This document shows positions 22,018 through 30,336 of a DNA stretch of 34,871 nt, one piece after another. Positions within the stretch are counted from its first letter, which is position 1; every line of letters begins with the position of its first letter. A program made the position numbers and the translations under genes. Where the stretch lies: the IMG/VR virus record IMGVR_UViG_2541047758_000018; one strand, written 5' to 3'. The notes below the pieces were generated by a model, which worked only from the letters and a program-made list of their open reading frames with translations, was not told the DNA's origin and did no database searches. The stretch is from a virus. Taxonomy: Duplodnaviria > Heunggongvirae > Uroviricota > Caudoviricetes.

Positions 22018-22046
22018 ATGGCAAATCACCTGATAGGATTTGCCAT
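22018..22046. promoter_or_regulatory. perfect 10-bp inverted repeat ATGGCAAATC(N9)GATTTGCCAT about 30 bp upstream of H-NS-like gene; candidate operator
   Basis: read directly. Confidence 0.4.
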
Positions 22047-22074
22047 AAATGAATGAAAAGCTGAGTGTTAATAA

Positions 22075-22509
22075 ATGAGTAAGAAGAAAATTTCTTTTGA
22101 AAATGAAGAGTTCATTACTTACCGGGCATTACTTCTGAGTATTGACTTTGTTAAAAAACTGGTTATAGAAATGTCTGATGAAGATTTAAATAAGGTTAAG
22201 GAAAACTTTGACATAGCTATTCAGCAACGTAATGAGCGAAAGGAAAATATGAAAGCTATCAAATCACTCATGGATGAACATGGTATATCTCTGGAAGATT
22301 TTTATTGTGAATTTGGCAAAAAATCACAGGCAGGCAGAAAAAGTGTGTCAGGAAGGCATAAATACGAGTATGACGATAACGGTAAAAGAATGTACTGGAA
22401 TGGACAAGGACGTCGGCCTAAGGCCATAGCAGAGGCTATAAAAGCCGGAGGTTCTCTTGATGATTTTCTTATATCTCAGGAAGTATCATCTGGTCCTGAT
22501 TATGAATAA
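22075..22509 (+). CDS. H-NS family nucleoid-associated protein paralog (xenogeneic silencer, Hfp/H-NSB-like)
   Basis: 144 aa. The C-terminus YEYDDNGKRMYWNGQGRRPKAIAEAIKAGGSLDDFLI matches the H-NS DNA-binding motif Y.Y.DENGE.KTWTGQGRTP..I..A...GKSLDDFLI. The N-terminus is a predicted coiled coil. Confidence 0.85.
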   Translation: MSKKKISFENEEFITYRALLLSIDFVKKLVIEMSDEDLNKVKENFDIAIQQRNERKENMKAIKSLMDEHGISLEDFYCEFGKKSQAGRKSVSGRHKYEYDDNGKRMYWNGQGRRPKAIAEAIKAGGSLDDFLISQEVSSGPDYE

Positions 22510-22925
22510 CAGCAATATATATTTTGATCTGTATTAATATCAAGAAATATATAGTAAACACTTCTCCGGAGTTGATATATTATCGGCAGGGAATGAAAAT
22601 GCCTGACTTCATGCTAATATATGGCAATAAAGATAAATGAGTTATACTGTAGAGTTATGAAATAACGATAGTGATAAGAGCCAGTCAGCGAGACTGATTG
22701 TTTTATCTGTACTGGCAGCAGGCAGTTTACCATGGCTTACTGCTTCAGCTTCTGAATCTGTGTTGATGATATTTATCTGTTTATAAGGCAAGGCTTGTCT
22801 CTGTGAGTTGGTAATCTTTATCCCGGGATAGCTTTTCTCTGTATTTTTAGTATAGCCAGTAATCGATTACTCCTGTATGCGCAAAAATATAGCAACTCAT
22901 CCATGGTAAACATGTCAGCTTTTAC

Positions 22926-23495
22926 CTACATATAGATAAATTCATATTTCACGATATACGACCCAATTTTATTAACACGAGCTGTTACCCATACACCTGT
23001 CATCCCCTGTTTATGGTGACTGCGCGGGAACTCTTTATTTGTACAAAGTTGTATCCATCTGGAAGTGTTTTGATCTTTCAACCAGAGTCCCGCTTCACAA
23101 TGTCCATACTTTCCTCTTGATGGTCCCGGAAAAACAACATCATATTCAGATTCATAGCTAATAACCTTATCCGGAAAAAGATAAACACAGACATCGTAAC
23201 AGTTCAGACTCAGTATAAATCCAAGACAAAATCCCCCCGTGAATGCATTTAATAAATACTTTAATGTTCTGTTAAAGGTGCGGATATAAAATGCATAAAT
23301 AAAAGAAAGAGAACCGGTGGTTATACCGGTGCAAAAATATGTTGTCCATTCAGGTACCGTATTTTGTAAAACAGTATAATGAGATATGGCGGATGCCCAC
23401 AACATATACCAGCACAAACCACCTGCAATAAGATATGTTATTGCTGTGGAAAACCATTTCCTGTATTTATTTTCAGGGTGATTGTTTTTGCCCAT
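22926..23495 (-). CDS. small membrane protein (3 predicted TM helices + about 85 aa C-terminal domain), downstream of dGTPase
   Basis: Hydrophobic segments: FSTAITYLIAGGLCWYMLWASAI, TYFCTGITTGSLSFIYAFYI and AFTGGFCLGFILSLNCYDVCVYLF. The ATG at 23495 is likely the true start (the track used TTG at 23498). It is 97 bp downstream of the dGTPase on the same strand. Confidence 0.55.
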   Translation of the reverse strand: MGKNNHPENKYRKWFSTAITYLIAGGLCWYMLWASAISHYTVLQNTVPEWTTYFCTGITTGSLSFIYAFYIRTFNRTLKYLLNAFTGGFCLGFILSLNCYDVCVYLFPDKVISYESEYDVVFPGPSRGKYGHCEAGLWLKDQNTSRWIQLCTNKEFPRSHHKQGMTGVWVTARVNKIGSYIVKYEFIYM

Positions 23496-23595
23496 CAACG
23501 CATTTCCAGAATATTTAAAAATAACCTGTCACCGAAACAGAATAAAGGCGCAATAACCATAACGGGAAAATATGCGCCTCTGGTAATCGACAGTG

Positions 23596-24828
23596 TTACT
23601 TCAGACAGTGAGTTTCCCATTCCTTGACTGCAAATGTATCCATCATACCTGAAATATAGTCAACCACTGCTCGTTTTTTGCTGATTTTAAATATATAGGA
23701 ATCTGGTTGGGGTAAGGTGAATTTAAGTTCAGGAGGCAGAAATTTATAATTCTCTCCTTCATTGTAAAAGTCATATAAATCCCTGATTATTTTATTTCCC
23801 CTGAACTCATAGGTGAGGATATTACGTTTTCGCATGATGACTTTAAAGAGAAGTTTTTTGAGCCCTTCGGATAACGCATTCAGTTTCCCGAATCCCAGTT
23901 CCTGAAAACCATTCAGGTTCGTTACTACAGAAATATCTGCAACGAGGCGATTGACAATATTTGAAGTTAACTCCTTGCGGAATATGATGGCAAATTCTTC
24001 TGAGGTTTTCAGTAAGTTAGCCTGAAAAGCGGTGTTTCTCGACTGAGTAACGATTTCCCTGAACTGTTCCCTCGCTCCCCGGAATTCGTCAGAAATCTGA
24101 AACTCATATTCAATATCTTCAATCGTGACCATGTTCCTGCTAAGGGCATCTTCCAGGTCATGCGCGGCATAGGCAATCTCATCCGCGAGATCCATTATCT
24201 GCGCATCAATCGTTTTCTCTCCGGGATTCAGATCGAGCTGATTTTCAGCAAGCAGGTTAATGTAAAAATAGTAATCATCATCATAAATGAACTTGCCGGC
24301 AGTAGCTGCAGCGCGGGGGATGGGATACTTAACAACCGAAAGTAAACTACGGTGAGTCAGATTTAATCCGTTGCAGTATGAAAATTTCTTCTCCAGTTTT
24401 CTCAGGATACGTAGCGCCTGTGCATTGCCTTCATAGCCGCCGATTTCTTCAGACAGTTCATTAAGCAGTTTTTCACCGGAATGACCGAAAGGAGGATTTC
24501 CGATGTCATGCGCCAGCGCTGCCAGTTCAACCACCACCGGGTTAACCAGTTTGAGGTCTGACGCGATACTTCGGGCGATCTGAGCAACCTCAAGACTGTG
24601 CGTTAATCTGTTTCTGTTGAATTTTTCAGGATCAATTTCAAAAAGTTGCATCTTTCCCTGCAGCCTGCGAAATGATGATGAATACAGAATACGCGCATAA
24701 TCCCGTTGATAATTATCCCGGCTTCTTGTTTCACCATCGGGGGACGGGTGCTCTCTGGTATCAGCAAGCGCACTGATAAGTTTTTGTTCCTGCTCTTGCG
24801 CAAATTCTTTTAATTCATTGCAGTACAT
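23596..24828 (-). CDS. dGTPase-family HD-domain deoxynucleoside triphosphate triphosphohydrolase (short form, about 410 aa)
   Basis: Contains NRNRLTHSLEVAQIARSIA and AHDIGNPPFGHSGE (cf. E. coli Dgt RTRLTHSMEVQQVGRYIA and MHDIGNPPFGHFGE), DLADEIAYAAHDLEDA, and an N-terminal RDYARILYSSSFRRLQGKMQ. The internal ATG at 24828 has an AAGGAAG SD. Confidence 0.85.
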   Translation of the reverse strand: MYCNELKEFAQEQEQKLISALADTREHPSPDGETRSRDNYQRDYARILYSSSFRRLQGKMQLFEIDPEKFNRNRLTHSLEVAQIARSIASDLKLVNPVVVELAALAHDIGNPPFGHSGEKLLNELSEEIGGYEGNAQALRILRKLEKKFSYCNGLNLTHRSLLSVVKYPIPRAAATAGKFIYDDDYYFYINLLAENQLDLNPGEKTIDAQIMDLADEIAYAAHDLEDALSRNMVTIEDIEYEFQISDEFRGAREQFREIVTQSRNTAFQANLLKTSEEFAIIFRKELTSNIVNRLVADISVVTNLNGFQELGFGKLNALSEGLKKLLFKVIMRKRNILTYEFRGNKIIRDLYDFYNEGENYKFLPPELKFTLPQPDSYIFKISKKRAVVDYISGMMDTFAVKEWETHCLK

Positions 24829-24978
24829 ATTTCTTCCTTTCTGGAGCATGTTACCAAATCAGAATACCGGATGAACAAAACTGGTGGCTACATCCTGTAG
24901 GGATTATGTATTAGTAAGCTCTGGCCATTAGTGCCATTTCAGGTTATGTGATCCTACTCACGTAATATGGACACAGGC

Positions 24979-25845
24979 CTAAGTGAGGTTCTGGTTTTCA
25001 AATTGTTCCGGACTGAGGCCGCCACACCAACTGTGCCGCCGCCACCGATTGTAATCACATTCGATATAATTAAACACCGTTGCCCGCATTATTTCCCGGC
25101 TGATAAAGTGTTCTCCATGGATACATTCCACTTTCAGCGAATGAAAGAAGCTTTCCACGCAGGCATTATCGTAGCAGCAACCTTTTGCGCTCATACTTCC
25201 ACGCAGATTATGCCGCTTCAGTTGCGCCTGATAATCTGCTGAACAGTACTGGCCTCCACGGTCCGTGTGAACGATAACGTTCCGGGGCCTCTTACGCCGC
25301 CACAGCGCCATCTGCAGGGCATCGCAGGCCAGTTGCGCCGTCATGCGTGGCGACATTGACCAGCCAATAACGGCACGTGACCACAGGTCAATGACCACTG
25401 CCAGATACAGCCAGCCTTCATCTGTACGTAAGTACGTGATGTCTCCTGCCCACTTCTGGTTCGGGCCACTGGCGTAAAAATCCTGCTCCAACAGATTTTC
25501 TGACACAGGCAGGCCGTGTGCGCGGTAGCTGACCGGGCTGAACTTCCGGGAGGCCTTTGCCCTCAGTCCCTGACGGCGCAGGCTTGCCGCCACGGTTTTT
25601 ACGTTAAAGGGGTAACCCTGAGCACGCAGTTCATCCGTCAGGCGTGGGGCACCGTAACGCTGTTTTGACCGGGTAAAAGCCGCGAGGACAACGCTGTCGC
25701 AGTGTTGGCGGAACTGCTGACGCGTGCTTATCCTTGTCCGCCGCTGACACCACGTATACCAGCCGCTGCGGGCCACCCGGAGCACGCGGCACATTGCTTT
25801 GATGCTGAACTCAGCCTGATGTTTTTCAATAAAGACATACTTCAT
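24979..25845 (-). CDS. insF: IS3 OrfB transposase (InsF-like, DDE)
   Basis: [32 protein letters not shown]...[26 protein letters not shown]...[10 protein letters not shown]... Confidence 0.85.
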   Translation of the reverse strand: MKYVFIEKHQAEFSIKAMCRVLRVARSGWYTWCQRRTRISTRQQFRQHCDSVVLAAFTRSKQRYGAPRLTDELRAQGYPFNVKTVAASLRRQGLRAKASRKFSPVSYRAHGLPVSENLLEQDFYASGPNQKWAGDITYLRTDEGWLYLAVVIDLWSRAVIGWSMSPRMTAQLACDALQMALWRRKRPRNVIVHTDRGGQYCSADYQAQLKRHNLRGSMSAKGCCYDNACVESFFHSLKVECIHGEHFISREIMRATVFNYIECDYNRWRRHSWCGGLSPEQFENQNLT

Positions 25846-26150
25846 TTCAGGCGCTTCGCGAAGTATGTCGCGGCCTTTTGGAGGATAGCCAGCTCTTCAT
25901 CCCGTTCTGCCAGCTGGCGTTTGAGACGTGCAATCTCGGTAGACATCTCCAGTTCACGTTCAGAAGACGTCTGCTGATTTTGCTGTTTACTGCGCCAGTT
26001 GTAGAGTTGTGATTCATACAGGCTGAGTTCACGGGCTGCGGCAGTAACACCGATGCGTTCAGCAAGCTTCAGGGCTTCACTGCGAAATTCAGGCGAATGC
26101 TGTTTACGGGGTTTTTTACTGGTTGATACTGTTTTTGTCATGTGAGTCAC
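25842..26150 (-). CDS. insE: IS3 OrfA transposase (InsE-like)
   Basis: [50 protein letters not shown]... Confidence 0.85.
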   Translation of the reverse strand: MTHMTKTVSTSKKPRKQHSPEFRSEALKLAERIGVTAAARELSLYESQLYNWRSKQQNQQTSSERELEMSTEIARLKRQLAERDEELAILQKAATYFAKRLK

Positions 26151-26297
26151 CTCTGACTGAGAGTTTACTCACTTAGCCGCGTGTCCACTATTGCTGGGTA
26201 AGATCACCCTGTGAACCATGTTGATATTGATACTATATTGACTATATGCCATACAGGTGGTAATGATTAGTTACTACCATACAGGAAAAGGTAGAAA

Positions 26298-27278
26298 ATG
26301 ACTCTTTTGGTAACGGCTGAGTGTGTTGACGATCTGATAAACGATGTTCATCAAGCTATCCTAGCGGATGGACTCAGTAACGATCCTACAAAAGGATCAA
26401 CTCTAGAGATTCTTGGTGCCTATCTTGTCCTTACCGACCCCCGCCGAAGAATAAGTAGAACAGAATCCCGAGGAAAACTAATTAGTTGCTTAGGTGAATT
26501 TCTGTGGTATCTCTCAGCTCAGAACGATCTTGAGTTTATAAAACACTTCATACCACGTTACGCTGAATCCGCTGAGTCAGATGGGAAAATACATGGTGGT
26601 TACGGGCCACGGTTGTTTAATATGCGTGGTTTATATAATCAGCTAAAAAATGTCATCAACCTTTTGCAGGAGAAAAAACCTACCAGACGTGCAGTAATAC
26701 AGCTTTTCGATGCCTCAGACTTGGTGCCCTCAAAAACTGAACAGCGAGAATACGTAGATATTCCTTGTACAATATCTATGCAGTTTATTGTCAGATGTGA
26801 AGAGCTGCATCTATTTGTTTGTATGCGTTCTAACGATGCCTTTATGGGGCTGCCTCATGATGTATTTGCGTTCACGATGCTACAGGAATTAGTTGCCCGC
26901 TTGATAGGATGCGAATTGGGTCACTATCATCACTTTGTATCCAGCCTACATCTCTATAAAAATGATTTAGAAAAAGTGAAGGCTCTTCAGAAAGAGGGGT
27001 TCATGAGCACCCTACCAGTCATGGGATCGATGCCTGAAATGCATTCCTTAGATGATATCTTACCCCTGCTTGAGGCAGAAAAAGCTCTTCGAGAGAATAA
27101 GGAATTTGATATTGACACTACTTCCTTGAATGACTACTGGAAGGATTTATTGCGTATATTAAAAATCCACTTTTTGTTACGTTCACATACACCCAACCAC
27201 AAAGGACTAGCCTTCCAAGAGTTGGCTGCAATGAAAAATCAGGAATATCGGTTTATTTTTGAAGGAAGACTACAATGA
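26298..27278 (+). CDS. thymidylate synthase-family enzyme (ThyA/dCMP-hydroxymethylase fold) with dCMP-type active-site signature
   Basis: Four motif matches support the TS fold. HGGYGPRLFNMRG matches TS GDLGPVYGFQWR. RRAVIQLFDASDL matches RRIIVSAWNPxDL. DIPCTISMQFIV matches the catalytic LPPCHALCQFYV. CMRSNDAFMGLPHDVFAFTML matches [21 protein letters not shown]. The specificity Asn of PFN is replaced by Asp (PHD), as in dCMP hydroxymethylases. Confidence 0.75.
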   Translation: MTLLVTAECVDDLINDVHQAILADGLSNDPTKGSTLEILGAYLVLTDPRRRISRTESRGKLISCLGEFLWYLSAQNDLEFIKHFIPRYAESAESDGKIHGGYGPRLFNMRGLYNQLKNVINLLQEKKPTRRAVIQLFDASDLVPSKTEQREYVDIPCTISMQFIVRCEELHLFVCMRSNDAFMGLPHDVFAFTMLQELVARLIGCELGHYHHFVSSLHLYKNDLEKVKALQKEGFMSTLPVMGSMPEMHSLDDILPLLEAEKALRENKEFDIDTTSLNDYWKDLLRILKIHFLLRSHTPNHKGLAFQELAAMKNQEYRFIFEGRLQ

Positions 27279-28219
27279 AAAGACATAATCAAATCAGTCA
27301 GCTGGTTAGTAATTTGCAAAATTTTAGCCGCAATGAACACAACCTAAATGGTCTAAGTTCTCCTGCCTGCTTTGATGTTTTAGCCTGTCAGATTATCGAC
27401 AGTATACGTCGTATACGCTATGTGGAAACTCTTGCATTACGGACCGATTATATGACTCCGTTACGAAAAGAGCCGAATTCTGATGTTTTTGATCCTCTCC
27501 GCGCTGCCTGCCTTTATCTTCGTGACAACAATTACGATGAAGCCTGCTGGCTGGTTTTCCTTGCCACACATTTCGGCAAGAGTAACAAAACCGGCTGGAT
27601 TTTGTGTCGAGATATATACAGTGGACTCGGTACACAAACGTGGACATGGGATACGATAACTGATGACTTTGCTGCTTTTGAACAATGGTTCGCCAGCGTC
27701 TCTGATGAGTTGACAGCTAACAGTAGCCTAAGACAATATGGTAACCATCGGAAATATGAAACGAAGAAATATCACTCTCGTCGTTCAATACCTGCGGTTT
27801 TTCGCTCTTACATCGGATTCATTGGTGCTACACACAGTCATGAGGCTAGGTTTGCAGAGGCCAAGAGCTTTTCATCTTCACCAGAATCTTTATTCGAACT
27901 ATTGTATTCAGGGCTAAATGCCGTGATCTCATTTGGACGAACCGCAAAATTTGATTACCTAACTATGCTCAAGAAAACGGGACTTCTGGATGTAGAGCCG
28001 GGTCATGCTTTTCTGAATGGAGCAACCGGGCCCCTTCAAGGAAGCCGGCTACTTTTCAGCAATAGCCGGACTGCTGGTGACACAATAGACGTATTGAATG
28101 AAAAACTAGCTGACCTTGCGGCAATTATTCCTGCACCCTACTTGAGAATGCAGGTTATTGAAGATGCGTTGTGCAACTGGCAGAAATCACCTGACCGTTA
28201 TGTCTATTTCGGCGGCTGA
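27275..28219 (+). CDS. unknown 314 aa partner protein, translationally coupled (ATGA) to TS-like gene
   Basis: No confident family. There is a weak helix-hairpin-helix-like segment ISFGRTAKFDYLTMLKKTGLLDV. It may be a DNA-binding/base-modifying or glycosylase-like protein. Confidence 0.55.
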   Translation: MKRHNQISQLVSNLQNFSRNEHNLNGLSSPACFDVLACQIIDSIRRIRYVETLALRTDYMTPLRKEPNSDVFDPLRAACLYLRDNNYDEACWLVFLATHFGKSNKTGWILCRDIYSGLGTQTWTWDTITDDFAAFEQWFASVSDELTANSSLRQYGNHRKYETKKYHSRRSIPAVFRSYIGFIGATHSHEARFAEAKSFSSSPESLFELLYSGLNAVISFGRTAKFDYLTMLKKTGLLDVEPGHAFLNGATGPLQGSRLLFSNSRTAGDTIDVLNEKLADLAAIIPAPYLRMQVIEDALCNWQKSPDRYVYFGG

Positions 28220-28221
28220 TA

Positions 28222-29304
28222 TCAGACGATATCTTCTTTACGGAATCTCACTTTAAACCGATTAAGGTGAGAAAAAGGTATATTACCTTCATGCTGCAAA
28301 TATCCCAGTACGATCCCTTTGGATACCCCCATTTTCCTAGCTAACCGGATGATCTCTTTCCAATGCCGGACACCATAGCGACTAAGTTGCTGCCGGTATT
28401 CTTCTGGGATAAGAACATCAACGGCAAATTTATCTGCTTCCTTTTCCTCTTCCGACGAAAGACTATCTTTACCTTCTACGCGAACTCGGACAGCTTCATG
28501 CAAGATGAGATGCCCAATCTCATGAAACAGCGTAAACCAAAAATGGTCATCGGTCAGATAACGGAAACTCATGACTAGGGTTGCGCGATCTGGTGTAAAA
28601 AAGCAGGTAGCACCACTTGCCCGACATCCCTTTGGCGTTGGCAACACAACGAGAGAAACTCCAGCAGTGGCGAGAAGGTCGCGAATGTAAGGGATAAAAA
28701 TCCTCATGTCGGGTTCATTTGTAGCTTTGCGCAGTTCTGGCAACAATGCTATCAGCACCTCTTTATCCCATACAGCACAGTTTTGGTTTGAGGTAAGTTG
28801 TGCAGCCCTAGTCAGCCACACCAAATCGGCCATAGGCTCGGTTGCCAGATTAAGAGATTTACGAAAAGCGACCAAAGGAGCATCTGACTGAATTTTATAA
28901 AAAAAATCATTGACGGAATTTATTCCGAAAAACGATAGGCAGTGCTGGAATTTACTTTCCCGAGTTGTAGTTTTGGGGATCCAACCAAACTCCATCATAT
29001 CACGTACAGGCAATGATTCGAGCCAATCATTATTCACTTTCTCGAGGTATCCAATTTGCTGGCGATAAGCGACTTCGCGCTTGATCCAGAAGTCTGTCGA
29101 TACGTTGAATAACTCCTCAAGCTTACAAGCCAGAGACTCATTGAGTCGGATTTTTCCTTCAAGAAGTTGCTGACCCCGGATAAGAGACAATCCAATCCTC
29201 TTACTCAGTTCTTCACCAGAAAGCCCATGTTCATCCATTAGATCTATAATTGTATCACCGGGTGGAGATACCCAGTCAGGCTGGAAGTCCTGCGTAACTA
29301 TCAT
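28222..29304 (-). CDS. HigA-like antitoxin/regulator: N-terminal XRE-family HTH fused to ImmA/IrrE (M78, HEIGH) metallopeptidase domain
   Basis: The N-terminus PGDTIIDLMDEHGLSGEELSKRIGLSLIRGQQLLEGKIRLNESLACKLEELFNVSTDFW is a HigA-type HTH. The C-terminus FHEIGHLILHE...EEEKEADKFAVDVLIP is an ImmA/IrrE zinc-peptidase motif. An ATGA overlap joins it to the upstream small gene. Confidence 0.75.
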   Translation of the reverse strand: MIVTQDFQPDWVSPPGDTIIDLMDEHGLSGEELSKRIGLSLIRGQQLLEGKIRLNESLACKLEELFNVSTDFWIKREVAYRQQIGYLEKVNNDWLESLPVRDMMEFGWIPKTTTRESKFQHCLSFFGINSVNDFFYKIQSDAPLVAFRKSLNLATEPMADLVWLTRAAQLTSNQNCAVWDKEVLIALLPELRKATNEPDMRIFIPYIRDLLATAGVSLVVLPTPKGCRASGATCFFTPDRATLVMSFRYLTDDHFWFTLFHEIGHLILHEAVRVRVEGKDSLSSEEEKEADKFAVDVLIPEEYRQQLSRYGVRHWKEIIRLARKMGVSKGIVLGYLQHEGNIPFSHLNRFKVRFRKEDIV

Positions 29305-29627
29305 TTCACGTCACCTATGAACACTAACCGTATCCGGCTAACTCGGGACCAGTTAATTGTATTATCTTGATTTTTGGGCTGAACTGTATTCCCACAGACA
29401 AATCCCATTTTTACATCACCGAGAATGGTAATTGTAATACACTCTTCCCCATCCTCAAAGCAGACCTCCGGCGAACCTACGGGCAACAGTAATATGTTGT
29501 CTGTCACGGAAAGATCGGAAAGTCGCGAGCGTAGTCTTGATGCCACTTTGTCACCAAAGATCTCATTTGCCTCATGCATACTCTCGCAAATAGTCCTTAA
29601 CTTCTTGCTTTGAAAGGTAATGAACAA
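29301..29627 (-). CDS. putative HigB/killer-protein (RelE-superfamily) toxin-like small protein, TTG start
   Basis: 108 aa. KKLRTICESMHEANEIFGDKVASRLRSRLSDL...ITITILGDVKMGF loosely fits the PF05015-like pattern K.L..LF...RL..L..A..L.DL...WSITV..NWRITF. The only in-frame start is TTG, which lowers confidence. Confidence 0.4.
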   Translation of the reverse strand: MFITFQSKKLRTICESMHEANEIFGDKVASRLRSRLSDLSVTDNILLLPVGSPEVCFEDGEECITITILGDVKMGFVCGNTVQPKNQDNTINWSRVSRIRLVFIGDVK

Positions 29628-29651
29628 AATTATCCACTTTTATTTTTCTTG

Positions 29652-29694
29652 GTTGCTACGTTTATAGCAAACTCAACGCTCATTCACAAAATGA
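29652..29694. promoter_or_regulatory. two palindromes in divergent intergenic region: TTGCTA(N6)TAGCAA and CTCATT(N5)AATGAG; candidate HigA/XRE operators
   Basis: Read directly. The region lies between the HigB-like gene and the MazG-like gene. Confidence 0.4.
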
Positions 29695-29770
29695 GATGTA
29701 GCGAATTAATGGACTCTGCACATATTAAATGTTAATGATGGACTTAAAATCACGGATTCGTAAGGGAAAC

Positions 29771-30034
29771 ATGAAAGGTAAACATCAAGACACTAAAGCC
29801 CTGTCTGACGTGCTAGCGGAAATGCAACGGCAGGATGCCAAATGGGGGGCAGACCGTAATCAAGATCCTTTTATCTGGGGAGCGATTCTCGGAGAAGAGG
29901 TGGGAGAATTTCATCAGGCTGTCCTCCATGATCGTTTTGGTGGTAAAGCAGCCGGTACCAGTAGGGAGGAAGCAGTACAAATTGCTGCTGTTGCACTGCA
30001 AATCATCGAATATTATGATCGCGTAATAGATTGA
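29771..30034 (+). CDS. small MazG-like all-alpha NTP pyrophosphohydrolase (87 aa)
   Basis: LSDVLAEMQRQDAKWG...FIWGAILGEEVGEFHQAVL carries the EExGE motif of MazG/HisE-type NTP-PPases common in phages (T4 dCTPase gp56 belongs to this superfamily). The internal ATG with an AAGGGA SD is preferred over the track start at 29729. Confidence 0.6.
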   Translation: MKGKHQDTKALSDVLAEMQRQDAKWGADRNQDPFIWGAILGEEVGEFHQAVLHDRFGGKAAGTSREEAVQIAAVALQIIEYYDRVID

Positions 30035-30336
30035 TAAATTAGAATTAATCAACTAAGAGTCTTTTACACGCGAAGATGAACTCTGGCAGCCATCTACCTT
30101 CGTGGGCCTGTAGAACACATCTAATTGCAATACTCCCAGTTAATCACTAACCAGCCTCTCCAGTAAGGCTGGTCGATTAGGTTTAATTAAACAGATATAA
30201 CAAGCAATTCACTTGGTATTACGCGGTTCACACAGACTTCTTTAGTTGTGTCATATCCTATAACTTTCAGAGGCTTATTTACGGTATTATCACGAACGGT
30301 GCAAAAGTGGCTCTTCCGCAACCTAGGTGGAGATTT

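Larger units (their letters stand above)
24949..26206 (-). mobile_element. IS3, complete 1258 bp copy
   Basis: The ends match IS3 termini: TGATCCTACTCACGTAATATGG... and ...CCAGCAATAGTGGACACGCGGCTAAGTGAG...TGATCA. The InsE and InsF proteins are recognisable. No target duplication is seen (ATG vs CCC). Confidence 0.8.

Noticed and set aside
23596-24849. HD-domain motif reads AHDIGNPPFGH (Asn where I first expected His) and was considered a possible catalytically altered dGTPase
   Set aside because: E. coli Dgt itself has MHDIGNPPFGH at this position, so the Asn is the normal family residue.
24967-25977. Plus-strand ORFs 24967..25242 and 25702..25977 inside IS3
   Set aside because: Antisense to the IS3 insE/insF transposase genes; spurious.
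27599-27622. ATHFGKS in the 314 aa partner considered as a Walker A P-loop (kinase)
   Set aside because: It fits [AG]x4GK[ST] only minimally, lacks the usual glycine-rich context and has no downstream Walker B. It is probably coincidental, so it was left as unknown.
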